Of a stretch of DNA of 64,000 nucleotides, positions 60,958-64,000 are shown one piece after another. The notes below the pieces were generated by a model. It saw only the letters and a list, made by a program, of their open reading frames with translations, made no database searches and was not told the origin of the DNA. Each line of letters starts with the position of its first letter. Within the stretch, counting starts at the first letter, position 1. Source of the DNA: Candidatus Izemoplasmatales bacterium (GTDB taxonomy: Bacteria > Bacillota_I > Bacilli_A > Izemoplasmatales > Hujiaoplasmataceae); contig JBMNEZ010000001.1 of the NCBI GenBank assembly GCA_050949045.1, positions 800,001-864,000 on the forward strand, written 5' to 3'. Position numbers and translations under genes: made by a program.

Positions 60958-62835
60958 TCAATCGCCTCTTTCGCCTTGATACTTGAGAATGCTGAGGGCA
61001 AACGGCCCGACCACCAATTCGATCGCCTGATTCTGACGGTGGATATTTTCACTGAAAGAATGCAGGGGGAGACCGTTGTATTGTCCGGATCCGCTGTAGA
61101 TTTCCTTGTCGGAATTCAGTATTTCCTCATATACTCCCGCTAATGGCACACCGAGTTTAAAATGCTGGTGGGCAACCGGAGTCATGTTCATGACCACGAC
61201 TAACAAATCGTTTAACGAGGAAGACCTTCTGACAAAAGAGATAATCGATTGATCGCGGTTGTCGGCGTCGATCCAAGAGAAACCCCAAGGATCGTGGTCC
61301 AGTTCCGACAATGCCTTGTGATGATTGTAGACGGCCAAAAGGTCTTTGATGTAGCGGTTGGCCATGGCATGCATCGGATAGTTGAAGAGAATCCAGTCCA
61401 GTTCCTCTTTGTCCTTCCATTCATGCATCTGGGCAAACTCGCCGCCCATAAACAACAGCTTTTTGCCCGGATGGGTGAACAATAATCCGATCATAACCCG
61501 GAAATTTGCGAATTTCTGCCAGTAATCGCCCGGCATCTTGTCAACCAAAGCCCTCTTGCCGTGAACAACCTCGTCGTGTGAAAACGGCAAGATGAATCTT
61601 TCGGAATAAGCATAGACCATCCCGAAAGTAAGCAGATCATGATGATACTTGCGGTAAATGGGATCTTTTTGAAAGTATCTGAGAGTGTCATTCATCCAAC
61701 CCATATTCCATTTGTAGTCGAAGCCGATGCCGCCTTCAGCCACAGGATGGGTCAATTTGGGAAAGGTAGTCGAATCCTCGGCAAACATCAACAGCGAGTT
61801 GCTTCTTTCCTTGACGGCGAGGTTGAGTTCCTTAAGAAACCAGACGGCCCCCTCATTGACTCCCAGGGCAGAATTCCCAAGATAATAGATGATGTTGGAA
61901 ACCGCATCAATGCGGAACCCGTCGACATGGAAATAATCGATCCAAAAAATGGCGCTGGAAATCAGAAAGCTCCTAGTCGTTCCCCTGCCCAAATCAAGGT
62001 TGACGGTTCCCCAAATTTTGTTTTCGCGGATTTTCTCATCTTCATACTCGTAAAGAGGCTCGCCATCGAACATATACAAACCGTGGGCATCTTTACAGAT
62101 ATGCCCGGGCACCCAGTCAATGATGACGCCGATCGACTCCTGATGGCAGCGATCGATAAAATACATGAAATCCTTGGGAACGCCGTAACGGGAAGTGGCA
62201 GCGTAATATCCGGTCCCCTGATAGCCCCAAGACTCATCCAGCGGATGCTCGACGACGGGCATGATCTCGATATGAGTGAAGCCATGAGCCTTAACATAGG
62301 GGATTAAAAGGTCGACAAGCTCATTGTATTTGTGAAACGAGCCATCCGGCTTGGTCATCCAAGAACCAAGATGAACTTCGTAAATCGCCATGGGGCTTTG
62401 ATATTTGTTGGCGGCGTTCCTTCTTTCCAGATAGTCTTGATCATGCCAGAAATAGCCATCGATATCGTATGTTTTCGACGACGTTTCAGGCCGATTGTCC
62501 GCAAAGAAAGCATAAGGGTCGGCTTTGAACAAAGTCTTGTTCTTGCGGGTGACGATGCAGTACTTGTAGCGTTCCCATTCGCCAAGCCCTTTCACAAATA
62601 AAGAAAAAACACCGGAATTATCGGTCTTTTCGAGAACATGAGTCCTTGTATCCCAGTTGTTGAAGTCGCCGACAACGGAGACAATCTTGGCATGGGGAGC
62701 GTACACGGTAAACCTGACGCCGAGGATGCGTCCGTCAGAATCCTTCTCCAAGTGGGCTCCGAAATGCCGGAAAGCCTCTTTTAGCCTGCCTTCGTTAAAA
62801 AGAAAAAGATCGGCATCAGAAAGACGATACTCCAT
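60958..62835 (-). CDS. glgB: 1,4-alpha-glucan branching enzyme
   Basis: YEVHLGSW, SWGYQ, DWVP.H, DGFRIDAV, AEDST, KWNMGWMND, SHDEVVHGK. Confidence 0.97.
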   Translation of the reverse strand: MEYRLSDADLFLFNEGRLKEAFRHFGAHLEKDSDGRILGVRFTVYAPHAKIVSVVGDFNNWDTRTHVLEKTDNSGVFSLFVKGLGEWERYKYCIVTRKNKTLFKADPYAFFADNRPETSSKTYDIDGYFWHDQDYLERRNAANKYQSPMAIYEVHLGSWMTKPDGSFHKYNELVDLLIPYVKAHGFTHIEIMPVVEHPLDESWGYQGTGYYAATSRYGVPKDFMYFIDRCHQESIGVIIDWVPGHICKDAHGLYMFDGEPLYEYEDEKIRENKIWGTVNLDLGRGTTRSFLISSAIFWIDYFHVDGFRIDAVSNIIYYLGNSALGVNEGAVWFLKELNLAVKERSNSLLMFAEDSTTFPKLTHPVAEGGIGFDYKWNMGWMNDTLRYFQKDPIYRKYHHDLLTFGMVYAYSERFILPFSHDEVVHGKRALVDKMPGDYWQKFANFRVMIGLLFTHPGKKLLFMGGEFAQMHEWKDKEELDWILFNYPMHAMANRYIKDLLAVYNHHKALSELDHDPWGFSWIDADNRDQSIISFVRRSSSLNDLLVVVMNMTPVAHQHFKLGVPLAGVYEEILNSDKEIYSGSGQYNGLPLHSFSENIHRQNQAIELVVGPFALSILKYQGERGD

Positions 62836-62836
62836 G

Positions 62837-63640
62837 TCATCTTCTCCTTTCGAGGGTTTTCTTGATCAAAGAGTACTGGTAGCCTTTTGCCAGCAAACTC
62901 TTGATGATTTTCGTAGTGACTGCTTGTTTCGATTCGGTGGTTTTTTCATATCGTTTCTCAAGTTTTTGATAGTCCTTGTAAATTTCTTTCTCTTCGTCGA
63001 TTTGCTTGGAAAACTCGTTTTGATGAGCATCGACATAGGCGATAACGTCGGAGACTTCGTAACCCCTTGCGAGAAGATATCTTTTCATCTTTTCACTGGC
63101 AGCCTTCACCGATCCCGATTTCAGCGAGGGAAGTTTCTTTTGAAACAAGTATTCCAAATTGGCTTCCACATCTTCTTTATGAATCATAGCGACCGCGTTT
63201 TTCAACAATTGCCTTGGAAAGCCTCTTTGTTCGAGAGTAAAGAGGATTTTTTCCTTTCCGAAACGTTTTTCGTAAAACATCGATTCGACAAGATTTCTTG
63301 AAAAAACAGAATCATCGATCAGACCGATTTTTTTCAGTTTTGCCTTGATCAAAGAAGTGTCTTTCGGACTCGCTCCGCGTTCTGTCAGGTAAACATCTAT
63401 TTCTTTTTCCGAACGGGGAGCTGTCGCGGCATAACGCCTTGCCTTTTCAATCAAACCGTCAATGGCTTGGTCGGCTAAGAAAACCTTAAACCTATCAGAA
63501 TTGATTTCCTTCCCTCGAACAAGCCGGTAAGAAACAACCAGGTCCTCAGAACAGACAAAGGTCTTCTCGCTGCCGTCATCAAACATGAAAGTTACTTCAT
63601 ACTGGCGTTTTTTTCGTTTGAGAGCAGTTACTTTTGGCAT
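62837..63640 (-). CDS. recX: RecX regulatory protein (long Firmicutes type)
   Basis: RSEKE...YL, L...GLIDD..F, G...I...L..RG, K....L..RGY, K...L..KGY repeats. Confidence 0.85.
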   Translation of the reverse strand: MPKVTALKRKKRQYEVTFMFDDGSEKTFVCSEDLVVSYRLVRGKEINSDRFKVFLADQAIDGLIEKARRYAATAPRSEKEIDVYLTERGASPKDTSLIKAKLKKIGLIDDSVFSRNLVESMFYEKRFGKEKILFTLEQRGFPRQLLKNAVAMIHKEDVEANLEYLFQKKLPSLKSGSVKAASEKMKRYLLARGYEVSDVIAYVDAHQNEFSKQIDEEKEIYKDYQKLEKRYEKTTESKQAVTTKIIKSLLAKGYQYSLIKKTLERRR

Positions 63641-63677
63641 GACATCACTTCCTTAAAAGAGCAATTTTAATTCCCGG

Positions 63678-64000
63678 TTAGCGCGCATTAATCAGAAAAG
63701 CGTTGATGAACTGATCGATGTCGCCATCCATTACTTTTTGGATGGCTCCGGTTTCAACGTTCGTTCTGTGGTCCTTGACAAGGCAATAGGGATGGAAAGT
63801 ATAGGAGCGGATCTGACTGCCAAAGGCGTTCGCGACATTGGCGGTCGACAAGCCTTCCAATTGTTGTTGCTTACGCTCGAGTTCGAGATGGTAGAGTTTA
63901 CCGCGCAAGACGCGCATCGCCGTTTCTCGGTTTTGGAGCTGGCTACGCTCGTTTTGGCAGGTGACGACGATTTTTGTCGGCAAATGCGTGATCCGGACCG
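63678..64000 (-). CDS. prfB: peptide chain release factor 2, C-terminal part (truncated by window edge)
   Basis: VRITHLPT.IVV.CQNERSQ.QN, FGSQIRSY..HPY..VKDHRT, V.DGD.D.FI. Confidence 0.93.
   Translation of the reverse strand, partial: VRITHLPTKIVVTCQNERSQLQNRETAMRVLRGKLYHLELERKQQQLEGLSTANVANAFGSQIRSYTFHPYCLVKDHRTNVETGAIQKVMDGDIDQFINAFLINAR

Overview
Mostly core chromosome of a Bacilli/Mollicutes-like bacterium. Protein style and gene content suggest Izemoplasmatales/Acholeplasmatales, which is inference. The standard code applies: TGA is used as stop and RF2 is present. About 50 CDS are visible, mostly on the minus strand: base-excision repair (family-6 UDG, xth, ung), nnr, a CASTOR/POLLUX-like channel, an encapsulin-type ferritin, a BMP nucleoside ABC importer, the AmmeMemoRadiSam pair, gpmI-eno-secG-rnr-smpB-ssrA, pgm, two ECF S-components (one behind an FMN riboswitch) and prfB-recX-glgB-glgC-glgD/A-glgP. 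RNA genes are tRNA-Val(CAC), tRNA-Val(GAC), tRNA-Pro(GGG) and tmRNA (tag (A)GTNNYAYAA). Two AT-rich blocks look acquired. One is a membrane diguanylate cyclase between two near-identical tRNA-Val genes. The other is a complete pstSCAB-phoU-phoPR operon next to the tmRNA 3' end and a dead IS3-like left end; it carries Pho boxes, a circularly permuted PstS and a PstA with a PDZ-like insert. The best candidate for an undescribed system is a tightly packed run of lipoprotein metallophosphoesterase, an unannotated 48-aa membrane peptide, a 92-aa membrane protein, amrS and amrA. I saw no CRISPR array, prophage or intact transposase. All family calls come from motif recognition by eye, not from database searches.
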